Assembly (NCBI GenBank): GCA_965219955.1
Contig: OZ244799.1
Coordinates: forward strand, 3,040,001-3,104,000
Length of the DNA stretch: 64,000 nucleotides
DNA from: a bacterium
GTDB taxonomy: Bacteria > UBA8248
Direction of reading: 5' to 3'
The position numbers and the translations under genes are program-made. The notes under the pieces are model-generated. The model made no database searches. It worked only from the letters and a program-made list of their open reading frames with translations, and was not told the origin of the DNA. How positions within the stretch are numbered: position 1 is the stretch's first letter; every line of letters starts with the position of its first letter. This document shows positions 8,911 to 18,196 of this stretch, piece by piece.

Positions 8911-9672
8911 CTACTCGCTTACGAGTTCCACTCTGTATCGGTGCTGGTCTCCGCGATAATAGATTTGAGAGAATTCGACGGGCTCCCCGCTCTTGCTGTA
9001 GACGAAGGTTTCCACATACAAAACCGGCGCCAGGACGCCGATGGAAAGATGGTCGGCAACGTCACTCTCGGCGATGCGCGCCTCGAACGTCTGCTGAATC
9101 TTGCCCAGCGGGATGTTCAGCCGACTCTTCAGGATGTGGAGCATGCTGCGGGTGCGGATATCTTCTTGCGGGATGTCCTTCCCGAGCTTTCCGGGCAGAT
9201 AGTTCATCACGTAGCAAAGGGGCGTTTTCTCCGCCATCCTCAGGCGCTGGACCCTGGTCAACTTCTCCCCGTCGCCCAAGCCGAAGAATTTCTGAAGCCG
9301 GGCCGAAGCGTCCACCTCCTCTGTCGATATGACCCGCAGATCCTCCCCGCCCGCGCCCTCCTCCCAGACGACGCCGGTGAGTTGAATCATCTTCGATTTC
9401 ACGCCCCCGTGGTTCACGAACGTGCCCTTGCGGCGCTCGCGCGTCAGGAGCCCCTCTTTCTCCAGTATGGCGAGGGCTTGCCGCAGGGTGACCCGGCTGA
9501 CGCCGAAATGTTTGGAAAGGTCCAATTCCTTGGGGAGCTTCATGCCCGCGAACAGTTCTCCGCTTTCGATTTTGCCGCGCAAGAGATTCGCGATCTGGTA
9601 GTAGTAAGGGATGAATTCGTTCGAAAACGGTTTTTCCGCAATCAGTTCCCGCATCCTCTCCTCACTTTCCAC
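8911..9672 (-). CDS. GntR family regulator, HutC subfamily with UTRA domain
   Basis: N-terminal wHTH (LPKELDL..FGVSRVTLRQAL..KGTFV); C-terminal PVEFSQIYYRGD. Confidence 0.92.
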   Translation of the reverse strand: MESEERMRELIAEKPFSNEFIPYYYQIANLLRGKIESGELFAGMKLPKELDLSKHFGVSRVTLRQALAILEKEGLLTRERRKGTFVNHGGVKSKMIQLTGVVWEEGAGGEDLRVISTEEVDASARLQKFFGLGDGEKLTRVQRLRMAEKTPLCYVMNYLPGKLGKDIPQEDIRTRSMLHILKSRLNIPLGKIQQTFEARIAESDVADHLSIGVLAPVLYVETFVYSKSGEPVEFSQIYYRGDQHRYRVELVSE

Positions 9673-9767
9673 ATCCTCGTAAACCGACGGGCTTCAAGTA
9701 TCAAGCAAGGCGCAAGTTTCACATATCACAACTTCGTTGAAAATGGACATCTTCGCGAAAATAACAC

Positions 9768-9803
9768 TTGCGATCTTTAATGGTATTAAATATAATACCA
9801 TTA
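9768..9803 (+). promoter_or_regulatory. Sigma70 promoter overlapped by a perfect palindromic operator
   Basis: -35 TTGCGA (9768-9773), 17 nt spacer, -10 TATAAT (9791-9796); TAATGGTATTA-AATA-TAATACCATTA (9778-9803); divergent from the GntR gene. Confidence 0.8.
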
Positions 9804-9907
9804 TTCAAGATTTAATTCACATTTTTCGTTAAGGCTTTGAGGCGAGAATTGCTTTCGCTGGTTGCACTAATTGATGTTTTTTCGTTCACCCTTTGGATGA
9901 GTGCCGC

Positions 9908-10660
9908 ATGAAACTCGAAGGACGCGCTGCGCTCGTTACCGGCGCAACGCGCGGTATTGGCAAAGCCATCGCCCACGCATTGGCGCGCGAAGGCGCTACC
10001 GTCGCCGTGCACTACCACGCAGGTGAGGCGGCGGCGCAGGAAACCGCGAAAGCGATTCAAGAAGGAGGCGGCAGCGCCTTCTGCGTCCAGGCCGACGTGA
10101 GCCGGCATGACGAGGTGGAGCGCATGTTCGGGGAATGCGAAAAACGAATGGGCGGCGTCGAAATTCTCGTCAACAACGCGCGCAGGCTCGTGAAGGGCAG
10201 AGCCTTCATGGAGATGAACTGGGAGGAGGACTACGAGCCCCAGGTTCAGGTGATGCTCAAAGGCGCTTTCCATTGCTGCCAGGCGGCGCTGCCGGGTATG
10301 CAGGAGCGGGGCCGGGGCCGCATCGTCAACGTCCTCTCCACCGTCCTGGGTGAGAAGCGCGCCCGCACGAATTCCTACGGGGCCGTCAAATCCGCCCTGC
10401 TCTATTTCTCGCAAAACCTGGCCGTGGAAATGGGCCCCTACGGCGTCACGGTCAACATGGTCTCACCGGGCCTCACCGAAACGGAGCGGCCCATCCTCCA
10501 TGCGGAGGATTATCAAAGAGAATACATCGACGCCATCCCGATGAAGCGCCTGGGGCGCTCCGAGGACGTCGCCGGCGCCGTGGTGTTTTTCTGCAGCGAT
10601 GAGGCCGCTTACGTGACGGGCGTGAACATGGCCGTCTCGGGCGGTAAAGTGATCTTTTAA
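9908..10660 (+). CDS. SDR family oxidoreductase (FabG-like)
   Basis: TGATRGIG, NNA, YGAVK, VNMVSPG. Confidence 0.9.
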   Translation: MKLEGRAALVTGATRGIGKAIAHALAREGATVAVHYHAGEAAAQETAKAIQEGGGSAFCVQADVSRHDEVERMFGECEKRMGGVEILVNNARRLVKGRAFMEMNWEEDYEPQVQVMLKGAFHCCQAALPGMQERGRGRIVNVLSTVLGEKRARTNSYGAVKSALLYFSQNLAVEMGPYGVTVNMVSPGLTETERPILHAEDYQREYIDAIPMKRLGRSEDVAGAVVFFCSDEAAYVTGVNMAVSGGKVIF

Positions 10661-10687
10661 CGGTACGCAATACGAAGGAGAGGAAAG

Positions 10688-11830
10688 TTGGGGTTATCGA
10701 CCAAAGAGCGTGATCGCCGCCACGCGAATCTAAGAGCGGCAATGGAGCGCGAGGATCTGGACGTTCTCGTCGTCTACGGCAACAGCGGCCGCCAGGGGCC
10801 GCGCACGGGGAACCTGGCCTACGTCAGCAATTTCATCTCGTTCTCCGGCCAGCAGGTTCTGGTCTTCCCGCGCGAGGGGGAACCCGTCCTGTTCGTGGGG
10901 GTGGAGAACCAGCGAATCGAATCCCTGCGAAACGGCTGGATTTCCGACACCCGCTGCGAGGCCATGACGCCCGTTCCGAAGCAGGCGTGCAATTATCTGA
11001 ACGAGATAACCTCCTCAAGCTCCAGAATCGGAATCTCCTCTCTCGCCATCATCCCCGTGGCCTGGCACCAGCAGCTTGTGGATCAGGTGAGCGCGAAAGA
11101 ATGGGTGGAAGCGGGAGATCTCGTCTGGAAGCTGCGCCTCGTCCAAAGCGATGAGGAAGTCGAAGTGTCGCGCCACGCGGCCCGGCTGGGTGACAAGGTG
11201 TGGGATCACCTCTGCGGTTTCATAAGTGAAGGAGTAACGGAGCTCGACATGCGCGCCGAGATGGACCGGGTGATCATCCCTGAAGGGGGAGTTGAGAACT
11301 TCAACATGATGGGCCTGGCGAGCATGGCGAACGGCGGCGAAGCGCCCTGGGGCTACGTGATTCCCCAGACGGATCGGCCCATCAAGCAGGGCGACGCCGT
11401 CCTGCTGGAAATCTCCCCGCGCGTTAAGGGATACTGGAACCAGATCGTGCGGGTTCTGGCGCTGGGCGAGGCGGAGAAGTGGCTGGTCGACGCCCACCAA
11501 GTGGTGCGCGAGGCGCGCGACGCCTCGCTGGAGCATCTCGGGCCGGGGAAGCCGATGGTCGGCATGGTCACGGCGATGAACGACGTTTTCGAGAAACACG
11601 GCTACGAGGTGTGGCCCTACGGTCTGGTGCACCTCACGGGCCTGGACCTCACGGATTACATGATCACGCCGGTATCCGAGGGAGACCTTGAACCCGGAAT
11701 GGTGGTGACGACGCATCCCATGTTCAACCTGGGACCCAACCGCCAGATTTTCTGGGGTGAAACCTATCTGGTCACGGATGGTGGTTATGAACCGCTGAAC
11801 ACGAGTACGGATGAATTGGTTTGTCTCTGA
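10688..11830 (+). CDS. M24 (pita-bread fold) hydrolase with atypical metal ligands
   Basis: Creatinase-like N-terminus plus M24 C-terminal domain (GYW, PGMVVT); TTG start after AGGAGAGG. Confidence 0.75.
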   Translation: MGLSTKERDRRHANLRAAMEREDLDVLVVYGNSGRQGPRTGNLAYVSNFISFSGQQVLVFPREGEPVLFVGVENQRIESLRNGWISDTRCEAMTPVPKQACNYLNEITSSSSRIGISSLAIIPVAWHQQLVDQVSAKEWVEAGDLVWKLRLVQSDEEVEVSRHAARLGDKVWDHLCGFISEGVTELDMRAEMDRVIIPEGGVENFNMMGLASMANGGEAPWGYVIPQTDRPIKQGDAVLLEISPRVKGYWNQIVRVLALGEAEKWLVDAHQVVREARDASLEHLGPGKPMVGMVTAMNDVFEKHGYEVWPYGLVHLTGLDLTDYMITPVSEGDLEPGMVVTTHPMFNLGPNRQIFWGETYLVTDGGYEPLNTSTDELVCL

Positions 11831-11868
11831 CGGCTTGTTTGATTCTTACCTAAGAGGAGGAACAAGAG

Positions 11869-13383
11869 ATGAAAAGGCTTTGGCTCTGGATGGTTGTTCT
11901 GTCGCTGCTTTTGCTCCCCGTGGGAGTGAAGGCGGCGCCCAAGGGGAAGGTGGTGCTGGGCATGGCCGGCGCGCTTACGACGTTCGATCCGCACACCTTC
12001 AGTTCCCTGCCGATTTCGATGCATCACCCGAACGTTTTCGAGACGCTGCTCGCGCGCGCTCCCGACGGCTCCATGACGAACCAGCTCGCCGAGAGCTACG
12101 AGATGGTGAGCCCCAAGGTGTGGGAGTTCAAGCTCAGGAAGGGCGTGAAGTTCAGCAACGGCGACCCCGTGAACGCGGCGGCCGTCAAGTTCAGTTTCGA
12201 GCGGATCCTCGACCCCAAGATGAAATCGAGGCAGTACCGCTACTTCAAGAGCATGTCGAAACTCGAAGTGGTCGACGAGCACACGGTCCGGATTCACACG
12301 AAAAAACCCGACCCCATGCTCCCGCCGTTCCTGGCGATCTACGGCTTCATCGTGCCTCCCGACTACTACAAGAAACACGACAAGAAGCACCTCTCCCGCA
12401 ACCCGGTGGGCAGCGGTCCCTTCGTGATGAAGAAATGGCGCAAGGGCCAGGAAGTCGTCTACGAGGCGAACCCCAACGCCTGGAGAAAACCCAGGGTGAA
12501 GACGGCGGTCGTGAAGTTCATCCCCGAGTCCACCACGCGCGTCTCCGCGCTCATCTCGGGCGACGTGGACGTCATCGACAACCTGCCTCCGGCCCTGAGC
12601 GAGCGCGTCCGGGCGGGCGGCAAAACGGACGTCATCGCCAAGCAGTCGCCGCGCACCAACTACATCCTGATGGTCATTAAGGAAGGCGCGCCCTGGATGG
12701 ACGTGCGGGTCCGCAGGGCCATGAACCTGGCGATCAACCGCGAGGCCATCACCAAGAACGTGATGATGGGCTTCGCCAAATCGGTGGCGATCATTCAGGG
12801 TCCCGCGAGCTTCGGCTTCAACCCCGAACTCAAGCCCTATCCCTACGATCCCGAAAAGGCGAAGAAGCTGCTCGCCGAAGCCGGGTTCGCGAAGGGATTC
12901 TCCTTCGACGTGTACATCCCCCGCGGACGCTTCATGATGGGCAAGGAAGCGCTCGAGGGCATCGCGGGCCAGTGGGGGAAAGTCGGCATCAAGGCGAACG
13001 TCCGCGTGATGGAATGGGGCGCGATGAAGAAGATCATCTTCAGCAAGTACAAGAAGAACGTGAAGCCGTTCCTGTACTACCTCGCGCGGATGAACACGGC
13101 CTTCAGCGCGGAGCACATGTTCGCCGGCGCGATCAGCAGCCGCTCGGCCTACGGCGGATTCCGCGACAAGGCCGTGGACGCGATGATCAACGACGCGCGC
13201 TCGACGCTGGACAACAAGGCGCGGGAGAAGAAATACCAGGAAATCGCCCGCGTATTGCGCCATGAGAAGGTGCCGATCGTTCCGCTGTATCAGACCTTCC
13301 GCATCTTCGGCGCTAACAAGAAGATAGACTGGAAACCGCGCGCCGACGGAAAGCTGATAGCCGCCGAGGTCGGCCTCAAGTAG
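11869..13383 (+). CDS. ABC transporter substrate-binding protein, family 5 (peptide/nickel type)
   Basis: Signal peptide, LRKGVKFSNG..AAAVKFSFER, PVGSGPF, RVRRAMNLAINR. Confidence 0.92.
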   Translation: MKRLWLWMVVLSLLLLPVGVKAAPKGKVVLGMAGALTTFDPHTFSSLPISMHHPNVFETLLARAPDGSMTNQLAESYEMVSPKVWEFKLRKGVKFSNGDPVNAAAVKFSFERILDPKMKSRQYRYFKSMSKLEVVDEHTVRIHTKKPDPMLPPFLAIYGFIVPPDYYKKHDKKHLSRNPVGSGPFVMKKWRKGQEVVYEANPNAWRKPRVKTAVVKFIPESTTRVSALISGDVDVIDNLPPALSERVRAGGKTDVIAKQSPRTNYILMVIKEGAPWMDVRVRRAMNLAINREAITKNVMMGFAKSVAIIQGPASFGFNPELKPYPYDPEKAKKLLAEAGFAKGFSFDVYIPRGRFMMGKEALEGIAGQWGKVGIKANVRVMEWGAMKKIIFSKYKKNVKPFLYYLARMNTAFSAEHMFAGAISSRSAYGGFRDKAVDAMINDARSTLDNKAREKKYQEIARVLRHEKVPIVPLYQTFRIFGANKKIDWKPRADGKLIAAEVGLK

Positions 13384-13411
13384 GAACGATTTTATCATTC
13401 GAAGCGAAACT

Positions 13412-13446
13412 CCGGCCGGGGCGTGAATCAACCACGCCCTGGCCGG
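13412..13446 (+). terminator. Stem-loop after the binding-protein gene (mRNA stabiliser or partial terminator)
   Basis: CCGGCCGGGGCGTG-7 nt loop-CACGCCCTGGCCGG followed by a T-rich tract. Confidence 0.6.
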
Positions 13447-13481
13447 TGATTTTGATTTAACGTCTGCCGCTGGGTGGCTCA

Positions 13482-14399
13482 ATGGCCGGATATGTCGTAA
13501 AGCGCTTGATTCAGGCAATCGTCCTCCTCAAGTGCGTCATGATCATCGTGTTTCTCCTGCTTCACATGACGGGCGACCCCGTCCTGGTGATGCTCGATAC
13601 CGATGCGACCCACGAAGACATCGAGCACCTGAGAAAACTCATGGGGTTCGACCAGCCGCTCCACGTGCAGTACGGGCGTTTTTTCAAAAACGCCTTGCAG
13701 GGGAACTTCGGAGAATCCACCGAACACGGCGAATCGGCCATGGGCCTCGTTCTGGAACATTTTCCGGCGACGATTGAGATGGCGGTCGGGGCCTTCGTTT
13801 TCGCCGTCATCATCGGGATTCCCTTCGGCTGCCTGGCGGCCTTCCGGGAAGGCTCGGCTTACGACAAAAGCTGCGTGGGCATCACGGTGCTGATGCAGGC
13901 GGTTCCGGATTTCTGGCTGGCGATCATGTTCATCATGTTCTTCTCCGTGACGCTGGGGCTTCTGCCTTCCTTCGGCCGAGGCGGGTGGGAGCATTTCATC
14001 ATGCCGGCTTTCGCCGCCTCCACGTATCACCTCGCCCGGCTCGCGAGGCTCATGCGCTCCCAGATGCTGGAGGTGCTGCGCCAGGACTACATCACCACGG
14101 CGCGGGCGAAGGGGCTGAGCGAGAAAATCGTGCTCATGGTCCACGCCTTGAAGAATTCCTCGATCCCCATCGTCACCGTCATGGGGCTGGATTTGGGCAT
14201 TCTTCTCGGCGGAACGGTAATCATCGAGGTGGTTTTCGCCTGGCCGGGGGTCGGGCGGCTGGTGGTCGATTCGATCGCGAACCGCGATTTCCCGATCGTC
14301 CAGGCCGCCGTGTTTCTTCTGGCGTCGGGGTTCGTGATCATCAATCTGACGGTGGACTTGGTCTACGCCTATCTCGACCCGCGGATCAGTTACGAATGA
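13482..14399 (+). CDS. ABC permease, OppB/DppB-like
   Basis: YITTARAKGL, VIIEVVFAWPGVG, YAYLDPRI. Confidence 0.92.
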   Translation: MAGYVVKRLIQAIVLLKCVMIIVFLLLHMTGDPVLVMLDTDATHEDIEHLRKLMGFDQPLHVQYGRFFKNALQGNFGESTEHGESAMGLVLEHFPATIEMAVGAFVFAVIIGIPFGCLAAFREGSAYDKSCVGITVLMQAVPDFWLAIMFIMFFSVTLGLLPSFGRGGWEHFIMPAFAASTYHLARLARLMRSQMLEVLRQDYITTARAKGLSEKIVLMVHALKNSSIPIVTVMGLDLGILLGGTVIIEVVFAWPGVGRLVVDSIANRDFPIVQAAVFLLASGFVIINLTVDLVYAYLDPRISYE

Positions 14400-15301
14400 G
14401 AGAACAAGCGCTCGCGATTCAGGAAACCATGGAGCTCGAAGCGCTCCCCGAGCGCCCGAGGGTATGGGCGTCCTTGTGGAAGGATAAGTCCGCGCTGCTG
14501 GGCTGCATCATCCTCATAACCGTGGTGGTGATGGCCGTCTTCGCGCCATTGCTCGCGCCCATGGACCCCCAGGCCCAACTCCTGGACAGAAACCTGAAGC
14601 CGCCCATGTGGTCGGACGGCCAACAAATCTATCTGCTCGGCACGGACCACCTGGGGCGGGATTTTCTGAGCAGGCTCATCTACGGCGCGCGCATTTCGCT
14701 GCTGGTGGGCTTTTTCGCCGTTCTGCTCACGGGATGTTTCGGTCTCTGCGTGGGGCTGGTGGCGGGCTATTTCGGCGGAAAAGTGGATTTTCTGCTCATG
14801 CGGCTCGTGGACCTTGTGCTCTCCTTTCCGTTCATCCTGCTGGCGCTGGCGACCATCGCCATCGTGGGGCCGAGCCTCGTCGTGCTCATACTCGTGATGT
14901 CGATGCGCATCTGGGTCATCTACGCCCGCGTCGTGCGCGGCGAGGTGCTCACGCTGCGTGAACAGGAGTTCGTCCAGGCGGCGCGGAGCATCGGCGGGAG
15001 TCATTTCCGCATCATCGTCCGCCACATTCTCCCGAACGTGCTGGCCCCCGTCATCATCATCGCCTCCCTGTATCTCGGAAGGATGATCATCATCGAGGCG
15101 GGCCTGAGCTTTCTGGGTCTCGGCGTTCCGCCGCCCACGCCCACCTGGGGCGGTCTGCTCAGCGACGGCAAGGTGCACCTCTACACCTCCTGGTGGGTCG
15201 TCACCCTGCCCGGTCTGGCGATCACGGTGACGGTCCTGGGGGCGAACCTCGTGGGCGACTGGCTGAGAAACGTGCTGGACCCGCGTTTGAAATCGTTGTG
15301 A
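14396..15301 (+). CDS. ABC permease, OppC/DppC-like
   Basis: ATGA overlap; LGTDHLGRD, FVQAARSIG, EAGLSFLGLG. Confidence 0.92.
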   Translation: MREQALAIQETMELEALPERPRVWASLWKDKSALLGCIILITVVVMAVFAPLLAPMDPQAQLLDRNLKPPMWSDGQQIYLLGTDHLGRDFLSRLIYGARISLLVGFFAVLLTGCFGLCVGLVAGYFGGKVDFLLMRLVDLVLSFPFILLALATIAIVGPSLVVLILVMSMRIWVIYARVVRGEVLTLREQEFVQAARSIGGSHFRIIVRHILPNVLAPVIIIASLYLGRMIIIEAGLSFLGLGVPPPTPTWGGLLSDGKVHLYTSWWVVTLPGLAITVTVLGANLVGDWLRNVLDPRLKSL

Positions 15302-15330
15302 GTTCGTTACGGAATGAGGAGAGAAACAAG

Positions 15331-16362
15331 ATGAGCGATCCATTGAGGGTGGCCGTGGTCGGGCTGGGCCGCTGGGGCAACACACTGGCGTCCTACATCG
15401 AGAGAACGCCCGGGATGAAGATCACCACGTGCTTCACCAGAACGCCCGAAAAACGAAAGGCGTTCAGCGAAAAATTCTCATGCGGCGAGGAGGCGAGCTA
15501 CGAGGCCGTGGTCCGGCATCCAGAGGTGGACGCCGTGGTCATCGCGGCGCCCAACAACAAGCACGCCGAACTCGCGATGGCGGCGGCCGAGCAAGGAAAG
15601 CACGTGCTCGTCGACAAGCCGATCGCCGCCTCCATCCCGGATGCCAAGAAGATGATCCGCGCCTGTGAGGACGCGGGCGTTACCCTGGGCGTAGGCGCGA
15701 GTTCGAGATGGCTCAAGGGCCATCGCCTCTTCAAGCAACTGCTCGATGAGGGAACCATCGGCACCCTGGCGATGGCCGAGACCAACTACTCGAACGACCG
15801 GGGGCTTCACTACACGCCGGACAACTGGCAATGGTACGCGGAAGGCTCCCCCGGCGGCCCGCTCCTCCAGGTGGCCATCCACCAGGTGGACAACCTCCTG
15901 TATCTCTACGGGCCGATAAAGCGCGCGTCGGCGGCGTTCAGCAAAATAAAGACAAAATCGGAAATTCCCGACGTGAGCGTCGTGTGGTTCGAGTTCGAAT
16001 CCGGCCTGCTCGGCACGCTGGGGACGAGCTTCATCAGCCCACGTACGCCGAACGGGCGCTACACCTATTTCATGAACGCCTACGGGGATGAGGCGAACCT
16101 CTACCACGACAGGTGGGAGGGCATCAAAATCCTGCGACCGGACGGGGAGAAGCGCGAAGAGATCCCGTATGAGGAATACCCGAGACAAGACTACCTGATA
16201 GAAGAATTCAAGGATTTCGCAGGCGCCGTCCGGGATAAACGCCCGCCCGAGGTGGGCGGACCCGAAGGACTCCACGTCCTGGGCGCCGTGTGGGCGGCCA
16301 TGCGCTCATGGGAGCGCGGCGAGCCCGTGGAAGTGGCGGAGGTGCTCGAAGAGGACGAATAG
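15331..16362 (+). CDS. Gfo/Idh/MocA family oxidoreductase
   Basis: VGLGRWG, GKHVLVDKP, GGPLLQVAIHQVD. Confidence 0.9.
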   Translation: MSDPLRVAVVGLGRWGNTLASYIERTPGMKITTCFTRTPEKRKAFSEKFSCGEEASYEAVVRHPEVDAVVIAAPNNKHAELAMAAAEQGKHVLVDKPIAASIPDAKKMIRACEDAGVTLGVGASSRWLKGHRLFKQLLDEGTIGTLAMAETNYSNDRGLHYTPDNWQWYAEGSPGGPLLQVAIHQVDNLLYLYGPIKRASAAFSKIKTKSEIPDVSVVWFEFESGLLGTLGTSFISPRTPNGRYTYFMNAYGDEANLYHDRWEGIKILRPDGEKREEIPYEEYPRQDYLIEEFKDFAGAVRDKRPPEVGGPEGLHVLGAVWAAMRSWERGEPVEVAEVLEEDE

Positions 16363-16416
16363 ACGCGAATGGCTCCGGCGGGGTAGACCCGCCCATCACT
16401 GGAAGGAAGGAGACCC

Positions 16417-17694
16417 ATGTACGACTACCGAATGACCGACGAACAAAAAGAGTATCAAAGGATCGCGCATGAATTCGCGCGGGACGAAATCCGGCCCATC
16501 AGCCTGGAACTGGATCACAAAGACGACCCGCTCGATTGCGCCTACATGCCCCATCTTCTCGAAAAACTCGACAAGACGGGCCTCCGAACGATGAGCATCC
16601 CCAAGGAATACGGCGGCGGCGGCGTGGACGACCTGCTCACGCACTGCATCGTGGGTGAAGAGATTTCCTGGGGCGACAGGGGCGCCACGGGGTTCATGCT
16701 CTCCTCCACGAAGATCGCCCACATCCTCGCGAGCGAGCTGCTGGGAGACCCGGAACTGGCGGACTACTGGATGCGCGAGTACGTGAGCGACCCCACGTTC
16801 CTCATCGGAACGGCGACGACAGAGCCACAATCGGGTTCGGAGAACCAGCTCCCCTACAACGGGGCGGACGGCGGGTACCAGACCACCGCCGTGCTCGACG
16901 GGGACAACTACATCGTGAACGGGAAGAAGCACTTCATCTCCAACGTGGGCTGGGCGCGCCTCATGTTCACGTTCGTGCGCACGAACGCAGACGTGGGCGT
17001 CGAGCAGGGGGCTTCCCTCCTCATGGTGCCCACGGACGCGCCCGGCGTGAAGATGGGCAAGGTGCACAACAAGATGGGCTACCGCCTGAACCAGAACGCG
17101 GAGATCATCTTCGAGGACGCGGTCGTCCCCGCCAAGTACCGCCTGGGACCAGAGAACTGCGGCGTCTCCTACATCCGGCGCCACCTGCGCGGCGACGCCC
17201 TCATCAACGCGGCGGGCCAGATCGGCGTGGCGCGCGCGGCGTATGAGAAATCGCTCGAATTCGCGCAAAACCGCAAACAGAGCGGACGACCCATCGCGCA
17301 CCACCAGTCGGTCGGCATCAAGCTCGTCGACATGTACACGAAAATCCAGGCGGCGCGCGCCTACGTGCACTACGCGGCATGGCGTCAGGACATGCGCCAC
17401 GAGATTCCCATCGACCCGCCCATGACGCTCACCGCCAGCGCCTTCGCGCACGAGATATCCTGTGACGTCACGAAGATGGCGATGGAGATTCACGCGGGCG
17501 TGGGCGTTCAGCGCGAGAATTTCCTGGAAAAATGGTTCCGCGACACGCACAACATGCTCTTTTCGAGCGACGGCGGGAACAACATGAAGAAGGTGCGCGC
17601 GATGTACGCCATCACAGGCGAGTGGGGCGCGCGGAGCGAGGAGGAAAACCCCGTACCGGGCGGCGCCTACGTCGCCGTAGGAGACGGTCTCTAG
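16417..17694 (+). CDS. Acyl-CoA dehydrogenase family protein
   Basis: TEPQSGS, NGKKHFISN, KMG, RKQSGRPI, HAGVG, WFRD. Confidence 0.9.
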   Translation: MYDYRMTDEQKEYQRIAHEFARDEIRPISLELDHKDDPLDCAYMPHLLEKLDKTGLRTMSIPKEYGGGGVDDLLTHCIVGEEISWGDRGATGFMLSSTKIAHILASELLGDPELADYWMREYVSDPTFLIGTATTEPQSGSENQLPYNGADGGYQTTAVLDGDNYIVNGKKHFISNVGWARLMFTFVRTNADVGVEQGASLLMVPTDAPGVKMGKVHNKMGYRLNQNAEIIFEDAVVPAKYRLGPENCGVSYIRRHLRGDALINAAGQIGVARAAYEKSLEFAQNRKQSGRPIAHHQSVGIKLVDMYTKIQAARAYVHYAAWRQDMRHEIPIDPPMTLTASAFAHEISCDVTKMAMEIHAGVGVQRENFLEKWFRDTHNMLFSSDGGNNMKKVRAMYAITGEWGARSEEENPVPGGAYVAVGDGL

Positions 17695-17722
17695 GACCAT
17701 CACGAACAAGGGAGGAAAAAGG

Positions 17723-18103
17723 GTGGCATCACGAACCCATCACGTGCACCACGTCGCCAAGGACCCGCAGGCGGCGGCGGATTTCTACATCAACCACTTC
17801 GGCGGCGAGTTGTTCACGCCGGAGATCGAATACCGCGGATCCCCCTACATCAGCGTCATGCTGGGCGAGGTGGAGATACGCATTCGCGGCTTGAGGTCCG
17901 ATGAGGACGATTCGATAGCGAAGGTGGGCCGCGGCCTCCACCATTTCGGAATCCAGGTGGAAGGCATCGACGAAGTGGCCGAACGCCTGGAGAAAGCCGG
18001 CGTCGTCTTCACGAAAAAACCGGGAGACGGCGTTCTGGGTTCGCGGACGGCCTTCATCATCGCGCCCGACAACGTCGTGATCGAACTGGTGGAAGAGCCT
18101 TAA
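17723..18103 (+). CDS. VOC/glyoxalase family protein
   Basis: HHVH..ADFY, GLHHFGIQV, APDNVVIELVE. Confidence 0.85.
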   Translation: MASRTHHVHHVAKDPQAAADFYINHFGGELFTPEIEYRGSPYISVMLGEVEIRIRGLRSDEDDSIAKVGRGLHHFGIQVEGIDEVAERLEKAGVVFTKKPGDGVLGSRTAFIIAPDNVVIELVEEP

Positions 18104-18196
18104 GAACGATTCGTTACCTCACAAAAAACTTTCGGGTCGCTGAGCGCGGTGTGCCATTCTCGCCGCGCGGGCGTCCCGCCAGAGGAGAAGAAATAC

